DNA of 64,000 bases from Octopus sinensis. Lineage: Eukaryota. The position numbers were made by a program, and so were the translations under genes. The notes under the pieces are model-generated. The model saw only the letters and a list, made by a program, of their open reading frames with translations. It ran no database searches and was not told where the DNA came from. This document shows positions 13,443 through 25,950 of this stretch, one piece after another. Numbering within the stretch: the stretch's first letter is position 1; every line of letters starts with the position of its first letter. The stretch covers positions 4,650,001-4,714,000 of the forward strand of contig NC_043024.1 of NCBI RefSeq assembly GCF_006345805.1, given 5' to 3'.

Positions 13443-13455
13443 TTGTCTTTATACT

Positions 13456-13838
13456 CTAGCGGTGTCATATGAAATTGTCGCCCATAATTATGACCCTAGT
13501 ATCGATCTATTGCATTTCAATCTGTTTTAGGTTTATGGTTGGGGGAAAGGGCATCTTTTTCTTCACAAATGTAAATAAACCCAATCTGTTTCTTAAACGA
13601 GGGACATATTCATACAGCACAGAATGTTTTTTTTTTACCTCAATGGACGTCATTGATTGATTGAAATTTCAGAAATTGAAGAAAAAACAACAGATATCTT
13701 ACAAAGTATAGAATTTTCTCAATAAAGCCAAGAAAAAAAGATGTTTTATAAACACATTCTACCAGTATACGAAGTTTAAAATTTTTTAGTTACCTAGAAA
13801 TTATGTTAAAAAAACTGCCGTTCAAACCGAAAAGATCC
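13456..13838. mobile_element. one-ended GGATCTTTTCGG-TIR MITE copy
   Basis: Same sequence and same truncation as 2402-2777. Confidence 0.75.
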
Positions 13839-14984
13839 TATATGTGTTAAAAAATCTCATCATGCAATCGAACCAATGAGAGAGCCTCTGCCTGGTCGCT
13901 CGACATGTTAAAAATAGCAGCCAAAGTATCCCCCTATCTAAATCACATGCCCATTGTACGTAATGTCCTAGATTATCCCTCAAAAGACAGTTTGCTGAAG
14001 GCTGGAATGTCTTTGATGATACGTTTGCTGTATCAGGTTTGATTTGAGGCTAAATAACATTATGGTAAATTTCTATATTAACTCCCGCATGATTTTCACT
14101 AAGAAAACAATAAAAATGTTAGATTTTTGTGTGGAATCAACTACCCTGACCTCATAATATGCTACAAAACCCTTTTAAGGGTCCAAAAGACGGGGTGGGG
14201 TGAGGTGGAAGCGATTTTTTTTTACCTTAGAAAAAAACACATTAGGACAATGGAGAAGAGTTTGATATTATTTATTCAGCATTACATGTGTTTCATTTCC
14301 TAATAGGAATTACAAACATTTACACGTAGAGAAAAAATGTAAAGGATTTACTTTAAGAAAATCTTTGAACATACATGTGTGTGTGTGTGTGTGTACCCAT
14401 GCCCAGATATTATGTGGTGTTCGTAAAGGGCCATCATGACTGTCATACTTGTGCAGTTGTTCACTTCCAGTCCTCTGCGTCAAATATGTCTCACCAGGAA
14501 AAATATTTCCTTGCTTGAAAACATGTGAAGATTGGTCACAAGAAAGGGACCCAGCTGTAGAAAATCTCTATGAATGAATTCCATCTGATCCACAGAAGCA
14601 TGAATAGAAGAATGTTAAATGATGAGGATCATCATCATCGTGGTTCCTCTTCTGTATCAATGCATTTACATTTCAATAATTGATCCATTTTCATAGATTG
14701 ATTTAGCACGAATAACTTAGGTTACAGTTGTATCTTTCATATTAACAGGACTGTGTACAAACAATTCACCATTTTGAAAGAATGATTCAGGTTTAACATC
14801 ACAGTGATATGTTTTCCTTCCTCTGTCAATGCTCTTTTGATTCAATTATGGATGATTTCATGTCAAAGATTTACTATCGATGTTACATTCATATAGTTTC
14901 TATCATGTGTTGAGTTCTTTATAAGGTCCAAGCTTGACCTTTTGACGGAATGTCATACAACAAATGTCACTGTGCTATGGATCC

Positions 14985-15631
<647 letters not shown>

Positions 15632-15639
15632 CTTTTAAC

Positions 15640-16750
15640 TTACTCAACACATCGAAACAATTAGATATATGGCATGACACATATATAATAGAAATGTTTA
15701 TATAAATATAATACTTACACAATAAATATATATATATATATATATGTGTGTATACGCAGAGTGAGTCAACGAGGAAGGTGTGAGAAGAATATATTGTAGT
15801 GAAAACTGAACTCAGAGTGGACAAAGAGAGCTTCAAGAGAATTTCTTCCTCATTACAACAAACGTTAATTAATATTTTTCAGGTCCACATAATCAAAAAT
15901 GCTGCATCTGTTTCTTTAGAAATTTAATTACCAATCGTGTATATATTTGATTGGGTTTTCTCTTAAATATCAGTTGTAAAGTGGAACCGATCAAGTAATA
16001 AAAATGCGTAAGAAACAGGAGCAAGAAAGCCTTTTACGAATTTATGTGAAGCACCTCAGCTCTTAATTAAAAACGATTTCCCCTCGTCTGTTAATTGCTA
16101 AATCTTTCCAATTCTGTTTCCGTTTAAGAGAGAACCCAATTGAATATACACACGTTTGATAATTAACTGTGTAAAGAAATCCGTACAGTATTCTTTATTA
16201 AATTCACCTGCAAAATATAAATCAACGTTTGCTATTAAAAATCTAGAAATTCTCTTGAAGCTGTCATTGTCCACTCAGACTCCAGTCCTCACTGCTTCAT
16301 CATATTCTCACATTTTCCTCGGTGACTCTCTCTATATATATATACGTTTATTTCTATGTGAGTATTATATCTATTTAAGCATTTCTATAGTATATGTGTC
16401 ATTTTACGTACATTTGCTTATTCTGACGTGTTGAATAATTAAATTAAAAGAATTTCACTAAACAAAGCCGAAATTATATGAAAGTAAGGCTGACATTCGA
16501 ATACTTTTGTTTTATTTTCTTTTAGACGTTCCGTTCCAGTTTTGGTTATTTCTTACATTGCTTGGTTAAGTCAGTGCAATACCTTGTTTACACAACATTT
16601 TCCTTTATTTTTGGCTTGTAAATCTAACAATTTATTTAAATGCAGGGAAATTCCGATGTAATTTCTGAAAAATGGAGAATATATAAAAATTAGATTGTGC
16701 ACTCGAAATACTGAAACGAAAATAGGATAGTTCACTGAAGAAATGGAACG
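15640..16750. repeat. head-to-head pair of diverged orphan ZNF first-exon modules
   Basis: The minus copy (15640-16000, donor GTAAGT at 15718) and plus copy (~16075-16750, donor GTGAGT at 16358) are both homologous to 18925-19650. Neither has its own finger exon. Confidence 0.65.
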
Positions 16751-17087
16751 GCATTTGTGTGAAACATTAAAAGAAATGTCTTTATTTTTGCTAGTTCTTC
16801 TCCGTCATTACAATTTACAACTTATATATATATCGGTACTACTAGCAAAGACTGGACCCGGTGTGCGCTAGCTAGTCGTAAGTAGTTGATCCTACAACGA
16901 CTTGCATGTATGCAAATGAGTTGATTTTACAGAATAAAATAAAAGAAATTTTTAAAGAAAATAAATAAATTATTTCTTAGAACAATGGATTTGATTTTTT
17001 TACACAAATCAAATAAAATGTGTGTGATATATTCTTTTACTAGTTTTTAGTTTTTGGACAGCATCCATGGTAGGTACATCATTCAGG

Positions 17088-17118
<31 letters not shown>

Positions 17119-17930
17119 ATATTTATGTATATATATGTATATATATAAAACAGAACTGGGAGAAGAAGAAGAAACAGAACGAAGCGACGAATCGAAACGA
17201 ACCCGACACGAAGCGCTGTCAGACAATAGTGTAATAAATAAAATATATGCATACATACAAACATATATGTAAGTACCTACATCTACATGTATATATACAT
17301 GCATATATAAAAATATATATATACGAGAGTACAGGACACCACAACTAGACGTAGAACTCAACAAGAAACGAAAACGGAAAAGCTATTTTTTTACAACAGA
17401 AAAACCGAGACGTGGAACTGGACGAGAAACGAAGACGGGAAAAACATTTTTTTACAACAGAAAAACAAATTACAGGACATACTACACAAGGAAAAATCCC
17501 CAATCATCAGCTGTCGCTAGTTAGACTCAAGCGTGTTTCGAAGGCAAGACAGGACACGACTCGTCAAAACTAGGCCTTCCTGCCTGAGAATTAATATAAA
17601 ATTTTCTCACAGAGGGGTAAAACGAGCACGAAAAAAATGTAACACAAACAGGACAGTAACAATAAAAATGCACAATAAAATACAAGATAAAAATGCATGT
17701 ACAGGAAAATACAAAACGAGAAATAAAAAGAAAATACAGTACAGAAATCAAAATAAACAAGAAAACAAACGAAAAGGCCTTTTTTCTGGCTATAGACGGA
17801 GGATGTCCTGGCAGCGCATGGAATCTTGTGTGTGTGTATGTATATGTATATATGTTTTTTTTTTTTTTTGGTTTGTTTTCATGTTTTCTTGTTTGTTTAT
17901 TTACCCTAAACCCCCACCACCACATGAATT

Positions 17931-18002
17931 CCGGCCTGAGATTCGAACCCGCGATCCCATGACCGCGAGTCGGCTGCTCTAACCATTAGGCCATGTGCCT
18001 CC
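17931..18002 (-). mobile_element. tRNA(Arg-like)-derived SINE head
   Basis: Reverse complement reads GGAGGCACATGGCCTAATGGTTAGAGCAGCCGACTCGCGGTCATGGGATCGCGGGTTCGAATCTCAGGCCGG. A-box and B-box are present but the cloverleaf is imperfect. Confidence 0.75.
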
Positions 18003-18295
18003 ACATCTGCGTTACTAAACAAAGCTGTGTTGACAAGATAGAACTCCGAGGTGAAAACATTGGTCATCTTGGCCATGAACATTGGTGTGTGTGTGTGTGT
18101 GTGAGAGAGAAAGAGTGTGTGTGTCACAGATTTAATGTCCAGGAGTTGCTATTATAATTATTGAATCTGCTCGTAATTTATTAACTTTTGGGTAAGTTTA
18201 TTAGTTTGAATGCAGGTTTACTTCTACAATCCATTAAAACAGAAACGTCGTAAATTTGCACTTTTGAATATCTACCTTTTAAACATATTCCTTGA

Positions 18296-18885
18296 CGCCC
18301 CACTTTATTGAGGCCACCATTGTAACAGGGTGCAGGAGGAGTGAAAATGTTTTCATTTCAACGATGCAGCTTTATCCCCCACGGTCAGACATGCCGGTCA
18401 AGTTCTGCAGATTGCAATGTCCGGTGAGACCATGCTTCACCATGTCCATCAACAAATCCCAAGGCCAAACACCATCGATTTGGGGTTTTCCATTCAATGA
18501 GGATAAATAATTGATAAACTATTTCATTATAGGGTTTCTGCTGAAATTGGCTACACCTCATTTTCAACCATAACTTTTACCAATTTTGACATATTTTGCT
18601 CAAACTCGATGCCAGCATTACTTAGGACTTATGGGATCTTTGAAGGCTTTAAGTTCTCAAAAAAAAAAAAAAAAACCCGATGAGCGGAAATAATCGATAA
18701 ACTAATTCCTTATTGTATTTCCCATTCAAATTGCCTGCAATCCCACTTTCAGCCAAACTTTTGCCAATCTCACCAGATTTCGCTCGAATGTGATGTCATT
18801 GTCACTTATTTTGGTTTGAAATAAATCACTTCATCACTTAATGATCCGAATTTAATACCGAGCAACGCCGGGTTATACTGTTACT
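18296..18885 (+). mobile_element. Helitron remnant (Pif1-type helicase C-terminus and degenerate 3' end)
   Basis: Translates to IEATIVTG...KFCRLQCPVRPCFTMSINKSQGQT, matching helicase motif FPVRLAFAMTINKSQGQTL. A GC-rich CCGAGCAACGCCGGG at ~18858-18872 resembles the subterminal hairpin, but the terminal CTAG is not intact. Confidence 0.75.
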
Positions 18886-18924
18886 CAAATATATATCAGT
18901 AAAGCCGTTAATATTTCAAGAAAA

Positions 18925-18941
18925 GAGTTAGTTCCCCTTGT
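18925..18941 (+). promoter_or_regulatory. empty type I target / promoter motif GAGTTAGTTCCCCTTGT of ZNF-B
   Basis: Single uninterrupted copy at the position paralogous to the LINE-filled sites at 8391 and 48130. Confidence 0.65.
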
Positions 18942-19859
18942 CAACTCTTCCTAATTTTGTTCTACCTCCTGTTTCTCACGCACCTTCATTGTTTGATCAG
19001 TTCCACTTGACAACTGATATTTAAGAGAAAACCCAATCAAATATATACAAATGATTGGTAATTAACTGTCTAAACAAACAGATACAGCATTTACGATTAT
19101 GTGGACCTGAAAAATATTAATTAACGTTTGTTGTAGAAATCTAGAAATTCTCTTGAAGCTGTCCTTGTCCACTCTGACTCCAGTTCTCACATCTTCCTCC
19201 TTCACTCTTTCTCTCAATATCTATTACTATGTAAGTATTTATTTAAACATTTCTATTATATATGTGTCGTATTATGTACATTTATTTGTTTCGATGTGTT
19301 GAGAAAGTTAAAAGAAAAAAAATCTCACAAAAACGAAATTATACGAAAGGCTGTAATTTTAATACTTTCATTGTGTTGTCGTTTTCTTTTAGACATTTCA
19401 TTGCACTTTTGGTTATTTTCTAAATTATTTGTAAAAACGTCGGATCAATCCCTTGTTTAGATAACATTTATCTTTCTTTCTAACGTGTAAATTCGACGAT
19501 TTCGTTAAATGCGGGAAAATTACGATGTAATTAGTAAGAAATGGGGAATGTATAAAAATACGAGTGTGCACTTGAAATACTGAAACGAAAAGCAAATATC
19601 GTATCGAGAGGAAATGGAACGGCTTTTATTTGAGACATAGGAAGTCTTTATTTCTGGCGGTTCTTCTACATCATTAAAAATTAGAATTAATATATTTTTC
19701 TAATTTATTTAATTTTTCTCGTCACATATTTTTATTTGGGGGAATTTTCAGAAATTTTTGCGAACGAGAATTCGTTCGGTCATGCAAACAAAAAAAGAAA
19801 ACAATCAACTGTGATTTATGAGCTATTTAGCTGTTATTTTTCGCACATCTCACGACCAG

Positions 19860-20010
19860 TTTGGTAATAATTCTCTGCTTAAGTTCCTCTGGGCTTGCAG
19901 GAAGAGGGGAGACATAGACTAGGCCATCCCTGAGAAAGAAATGGCAAGGTGTCGGCTCAGGTGAACGTGGCAGCCATTTCAACAGCACATTGCCTTCTTC
20001 AGGACGCGCC
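19860..20010 (-). mobile_element. Tc1/mariner transposase fossil (paralog of 7270-7420)
   Basis: Translates to WLPRSPEPTPCHFFL...ELKQRI. Confidence 0.65.
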
Positions 20011-20199
20011 AAACTCTTTGGAGGAATCTGGCTTTCATTCTCCACATCAACCAATAATTTTTCCTACGTTAAAATTTCCACACTAAGGATTTTGATGCTG
20101 TTAGTGTGACATCAATATTATTTACTGACATTTATTCATCTTTTATGCTCACCTAAATATTAACGTTGAGCTAACCGTATATATATATATATATATATA

Positions 20200-21521
20200 G
20201 ATATATTATATTAAATTGGAGATAAAACTATTAGGCAAATCAAACAGTGAAAATCAACCAATACATGTAAATAGAATTAATTAAAAAACTATATAAAATA
20301 TAAAATTCCAAATTAAAATATTTAAATTAAAGTTCAAATTTTAAAAAATTATTGAAATAATTTAAACTTATAAAATTTAAATATATATATACATATTTAT
20401 TTATTATTATTTTATTTAAAAAAAATTTTTTCTTATATGACTATCAAAAAGTATTAAAAGTTTAATATAAGATAAAAACACTACGATCGTTTCATGACTG
20501 TAGCCAATTCGAATAACAATAATTTAAATTCAATTAATAATCCGAATTATGGTTACCGTCAATCTTCAGGTTAATTGTAATATTTTAATAAATAATCAGA
20601 AATATTTAAACAATATTTTTAAGAAATAAATAATATAATAATTTTACTTATAAAAAACTCCGTTATCAAACTAGAAACTTAACGATTATGATTATATCAA
20701 AACATTGATTATAATGTTAAATATTAATTTTAATTTTTAAGGTAAGAACCCACCAATAATCTAATATCAGTAATAGTCAATATCTAATTACATAAAAATT
20801 TTACAAAAAAATCACTATTATATTATTAAAAATATAGAATTTAAATAGTATATAAATTATCAATGAAAATATATAAATATATATAAATATTATAATTAAG
20901 AACTAAAATAATCTCTATAAATAAATATATATGCACATATAATAAAGACCTATTAAATTAATTTTTCATATTTAATGATGAAATAGCTAATTTCAAAATA
21001 CAAACAAACAATCTTAAACGAACGCTATAGCAAATTAACTATCTTCATATCTCGTTGGCTAAATAATAACTATCAGAAATCATATATTTAAAATACTTAA
21101 AGAAATAATCAATTCGTAGTTATATATTATCAAATAAATACTATAAATATATTTATCAATGGGAATAAAAAAACTAGCTAATATCAATTTTAAAAGACAA
21201 TATATAAGTTAAGATAATAATTATAAGAAATTTAAAACTACAATTAATGCTATTAATACATGTATATACATAAACCTAACTTTAAAGAACTCGTATACTT
21301 GCTATCAAACAACATATCCCTCGCTAAGTAAATTCTTACGAATAAATTTAAAGTTAATATCTAATACTTATATAGAAAATTACGATAATTAGATCATTAC
21401 ATAAACAACGATATTTACATAAAAAACAATATTATTACACCATAAGTCTTATGAAATATTAAAATTTAAAGATCTTAAATATAAATATATACTTAGCTAA
21501 GCGAGGTTTTATGATGAACTC
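20200..21521. other. extremely AT-rich unique 1.3-kb segment inside a (TA)n microsatellite
   Basis: Absent from the paralogous site in units A (~7090) and D (~33920). No ORF or recognisable homology. Confidence 0.6.
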
Positions 21522-22514
21522 ATATATATATATGTATTTGTATATATGCCTTCCATGCAGGTGGCATGTAAAAAGTACCATTCGAGCATGATTGATGCTA
21601 GTGCTGCCTGACTGGCACCCATGCTGGTGGCACATACAAAGCTCCTTTCAAGCATGGTCGATGCCAATACTACCTGACTGGCTCTGTGGCACATAAAAGG
21701 CAACCGCTACACCCTCAAACAGCATCCAGCTGTAGAAAGCTTGCCTGATAAGATTGAAACCTTGTTCAGCCTCATGTCTTGCCAGTCCTCAGTCAAACCT
21801 CACAACCCATGCCAGCGTGGAAAGCAGATGTTAAACGATGATGATGAAGGTAGAGAAAGAGCGATATCTGTTTTAGCAAAAAAAGATACAAGACTGCAAT
21901 GAAAACATCAGAAATCTAGTGTCATTTATATGTATATTGGTGTGGAAGTGTGTCTATGACAGACTTTATATTCCAGGAGTTGGTATTATAATAGATGTGT
22001 CTACTCTATGCTTCTACAATTTATGAAAACAGAAATGTCATAAATTTGCACTTTTGAATATCTGCCTTTTAAACATACTTGATGTCTTATATTATTTTTT
22101 CTATTCTTTCAGAAAATCACATGAAATTGGCTAAAAAGTATTTTTTACTTTTAAAGAATCATCAATATGTATCATGTTTGAAAGACTCTTCAAAGATATT
22201 CTACAAACGTATAATCCTGCTTCTATAAAACGTTGCTGAGTTACAGTAAAATATTTCCTCTGAGAGAGAAAGCATTTCTTTACTTCTGTGTCTGAAATGT
22301 GCAAGAGATAATTTTCTCTTTTAAATATACTTTGATAGATTTCCAAAGAGTATTTGCGACATTTTTAAATATTGGCATTGACCACATTTAGAAGAAATAT
22401 AAGAGAAGTGATATTTGTTTGGAATAAACTTTATAAGCAAAAAGAAGCAAAATATCCATAAATTTTGGTGAGAGGAAAAATATTTTTGAAAAGTTGTTGA
22501 TCTGTACAACTTGA

Positions 22515-23066
<552 letters not shown>

Positions 23067-23171
23067 AAACCATATGCCTGTGATATCTGTGGTAAGACGT
23101 TCTCTGGAACTATACACAAATGCATTCACACTCAAGAAAAATCAATTCACAGTGAATGAATTAATTTCTTC

Positions 23172-23759
23172 TCATCATCATCATCGTTTAACGTCCGTTC
23201 TCCATGCCAGCATGGGTTGGACGGTTCGACCGGGGATCTGGGAACCCAGAAGGCTGCACCAGACTCCAGTCTTATCTGGCAATGTTTCTACAGCTGGATG
23301 CCCTTCCTAACGCCAACCACTCCATGAGTGTAGTGGGTGCTTTTTATGTGCCAGGTGAAGCTGGCAACGGCCACGGTCAGATTGGTGTATTTCACGTGCC
23401 ACCGGCGCTGAAGCTAGTCAAGGTGGCGCTGGCATCAGCCACGATTCGAATAGTGCTTTTTACGTACCACTAGTCCAGAGGTCTTGGCATCTACTGGGTG
23501 CCAGTCATAGGATTGGTTCCATTTCGATTCCGATTTCAATTTCACTTGCCCCAACAGGTTTTTGTAAGCATCGGTGCCTGTCGTCGGATGAGGTTCGATA
23601 TCGACTTCGCTTGCCTCAAAAGGTCTTTGTGTGTCTAAGGGAGGAAAGGCATGCATAAGTGGACTGGACTCACTTGTCCTGCCAGGTCTTCTCACGCACA
23701 GCATATTTCCAAAGGTCTCAGTCGCTGGTCATTTCCTCAGTGAGGCCTAAAGTTCGAAG
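23172..23759 (-). mobile_element. 5'-truncated RTE LINE (ORF C-terminus, 3'UTR and (ATG)n tail) in the ZNF-B 3' region
   Basis: Encodes LRTLGLTEEMTSDRDLWKYAVREKT, like 46130-46200, and has the same 3' terminus. It interrupts CACAGTGATATCTGTGG, which is contiguous in A and E. Confidence 0.85.
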
Positions 23760-24584
23760 TGATATCTGTGGAAAATCATTTACACAAAATCATTTCTGAT
23801 TTAAACAGAAGTCTTTCCTTATGAAGTGGGTCCATAACACAGTGATATTTGTTGTATAACATTTCCTGAGAAGGACAAAGGACGTATCTCATAAAGACAG
23901 CCACACAATATAGAAACTATGAATGTGACATTTATGGTAAATCTTTGACATGAAATCATCCATTATTGAATCAAAAGAGCATTGACAGAGGAAGGAAAAC
24001 ATATCACTGTGATATTAAACCTGAATCATTCTTTCAAAATGGTGAATTAATTATACACAGTCCTGTTAATATGAAGAATATGCCATACCCTAAGATATCT
24101 GTTAATGATCAATTATAACATAAATGGATTCAAACAGAAGAGGAACCAAATCACTACTATGATGATGATGATCATTTAACATTCACTTTTACATTCTTCT
24201 ATGGATCGGATTGAATTCATTGATACCTTCCCTGTTTCCAAGCAAGGAAATATTTTCCCTGGTGAGACATATTTTACACAGAAGACTGGGAATGAACAAC
24301 TACAGAAGTATGACGGTCATGATGGCCGCTTATGAACACGACATAATATCTGGACAAGGGTGCACACACACACACACACTCTTATGTATGTCTGAAGATT
24401 TTCTTATAGGAAATATCTTACATGTTCTCTACACATCTAATAGTTTATAATTCCTATTAGGAAATGAAAGACATGTAATGCTGAATAAATGATATCAAAC
24501 TTTTCTCCACTGTCCTTATGTGTTATGTAATTACTTTGCAAAAAATATCATCCAAACCGCCCACAAAAATAATATATATGTATA

Positions 24585-25057
24585 CCGTAAATCCTTGAAT
24601 ATAATCCGCATTTTTTTCCTAAAATTTATCGGTCAAAATCCCTAGTGCATACTATATACGAGGTTAAAAATGAAAAATATTTTCTAAGCAATGTCCGAGT
24701 CTCTATTTTGCTGTCCGGCAATGTTTATTCAGGCGCAAAAATACCTTAAGCTAAGCCTGAAAGCAATGAAGTCATAAAATAATCATCCATAACTTGCAAT
24801 AAGCAACATTTATTAAAATAAAAGTATTCAGAACACAGAATAACATGTAACAAAAACAATTTGCAAACCTATTTACATTCCCATATAACAGTTAAGAACA
24901 TCACCATTATTGTATTACGCATGCGTGGAAGTGTTTGTTTGACTAAGTGCTGCTGGCTTAATTACGCACGATTCAAGTCAGAGAAGGGATGTGTATTATA
25001 CACAAGGTTTAGGTTTAGGTGTTATACTCAAGTGTGGACTAAACCGAGGATTTACAG
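24585..25057. mobile_element. pogo/Tc1-mariner-type MITE with TA TSD
   Basis: Paralog of 40616-41091. TIR CCGTAAATCCTCGAGTATAA is imperfect in this copy. Confidence 0.7.
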
Positions 25058-25071
25058 TATATATATATATA

Positions 25072-25350
25072 GTAACCAGCTTGTTTGTGGTGAAAGTTGG
25101 TGTGCATCAGGGATCTGTGTGGTCACCATTGTTGTTTGCAATAGTGGTTGATGTGGAGAAGGAGAGTGCAAGAAAGAGACTGTAAATGGAGATACTGTAT
25201 GCAGATGACCTTGTTCTGATGAGGGAGAAGTTTTGAAAATGGAAGGAGGCATTTGAAAGCAAGGGTTTGAAGGTAAACCTTGGGGAGAGAAAGGTGATAG
25301 TGAGTGGGGTGGAAGGAGAAGTGTTGGTGAGTAAGGTGGATCCATGTAGA
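25072..25350 (+). mobile_element. old RTE-like RT fragment
   Basis: Translates to VKVGVHQGSVWSPLLF...ILYADDLVL...WKEAFESKGLKVN. Mirrored at ~40345-40600(-). Confidence 0.75.
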
Positions 25351-25539
25351 AAGAGAAAATGATGTTTTATAAACACATTCTACCAGTATACGAAGTTTAA
25401 AATTTTTTAGTTACCTAGAAATTATGTTAAAAAACAGCCATTCAAACCAAAAATCTCTGACAATTTTGATATTTCAGGTATTCATATAATTTTCTATGTA
25501 GAATTTCATCAGTTAATTTGCTTCTTCCACAGAAAGTTG

Positions 25540-25950
25540 GGATCTTTTCAGTTTGAACGGCAGTTTTTTAAAATAATTTCTAGGTAACTAAACACTTTTA
25601 AACTTCGTATACTGGTAGAATGTGTTTATAAAACATCTTTTTCTCTTGGCTTTATTGAGAAAATTCTATAGTTTGTAAGATATTTGTTGTTTTTTTCCTT
25701 CAATTTCTGCAATTTCAACCAATTAATGACGTCTATTGAGGTGAAAACATTCTGTGCCGTATGAATATGTCCCTCGTTTAAGAAACAGATTGGGTTTATT
25801 TACATTTGTGAAGAAAAAAGATACCCTTTCCCCCTAACCCCAACCCTAAAACACATTGAAATGCAATAGATCGATACTAGGGTCATAATTATGGGTGACA
25901 ATTTCATATGACACTGCTAGAAAAATCTGCTGTTCAAACCGAAAAGATCC
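25540..25950. mobile_element. complete MITE with 24-bp TIR GGATCTTTTCGGTTTGAACGGCAG and 8-bp TSD
   Basis: Both TIRs are present. Flanks are GAAAGTTG and AAAAGTTG. An extra inverted terminal fragment lies at ~25355-25450. Confidence 0.85.

Larger units (their letters stand above)
19231..22112 (+). other. predicted type I 5'UTR intron of ZNF-B
   Basis: GTAAGT at 19231 and TTCTATTCTTTCAG ending at 22112. Confidence 0.6.

Noticed and set aside
17054-17982. Y/I-rich and K/N-rich ORFs
   Set aside because: They are translations of (TA)n, (TG)n and A-rich low-complexity sequence.
17931-18002. Functional tRNA genes here and at 1005-1073
   Set aside because: The acceptor and anticodon stems do not pair properly. 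They are better explained as SINE or tRNA-derived remnants.
20200-21521. NUMT call for the AT-rich insert
   Set aside because: I could not find a mitochondrial ORF, tRNA or rRNA motif by eye. It is left as unexplained.
22131-22346. 71-aa antisense ORF MEIYQSIFKREN.. open in three units
   Set aside because: It is broken in other paralogs and antisense to the 5'UTR. Recent duplication explains it.
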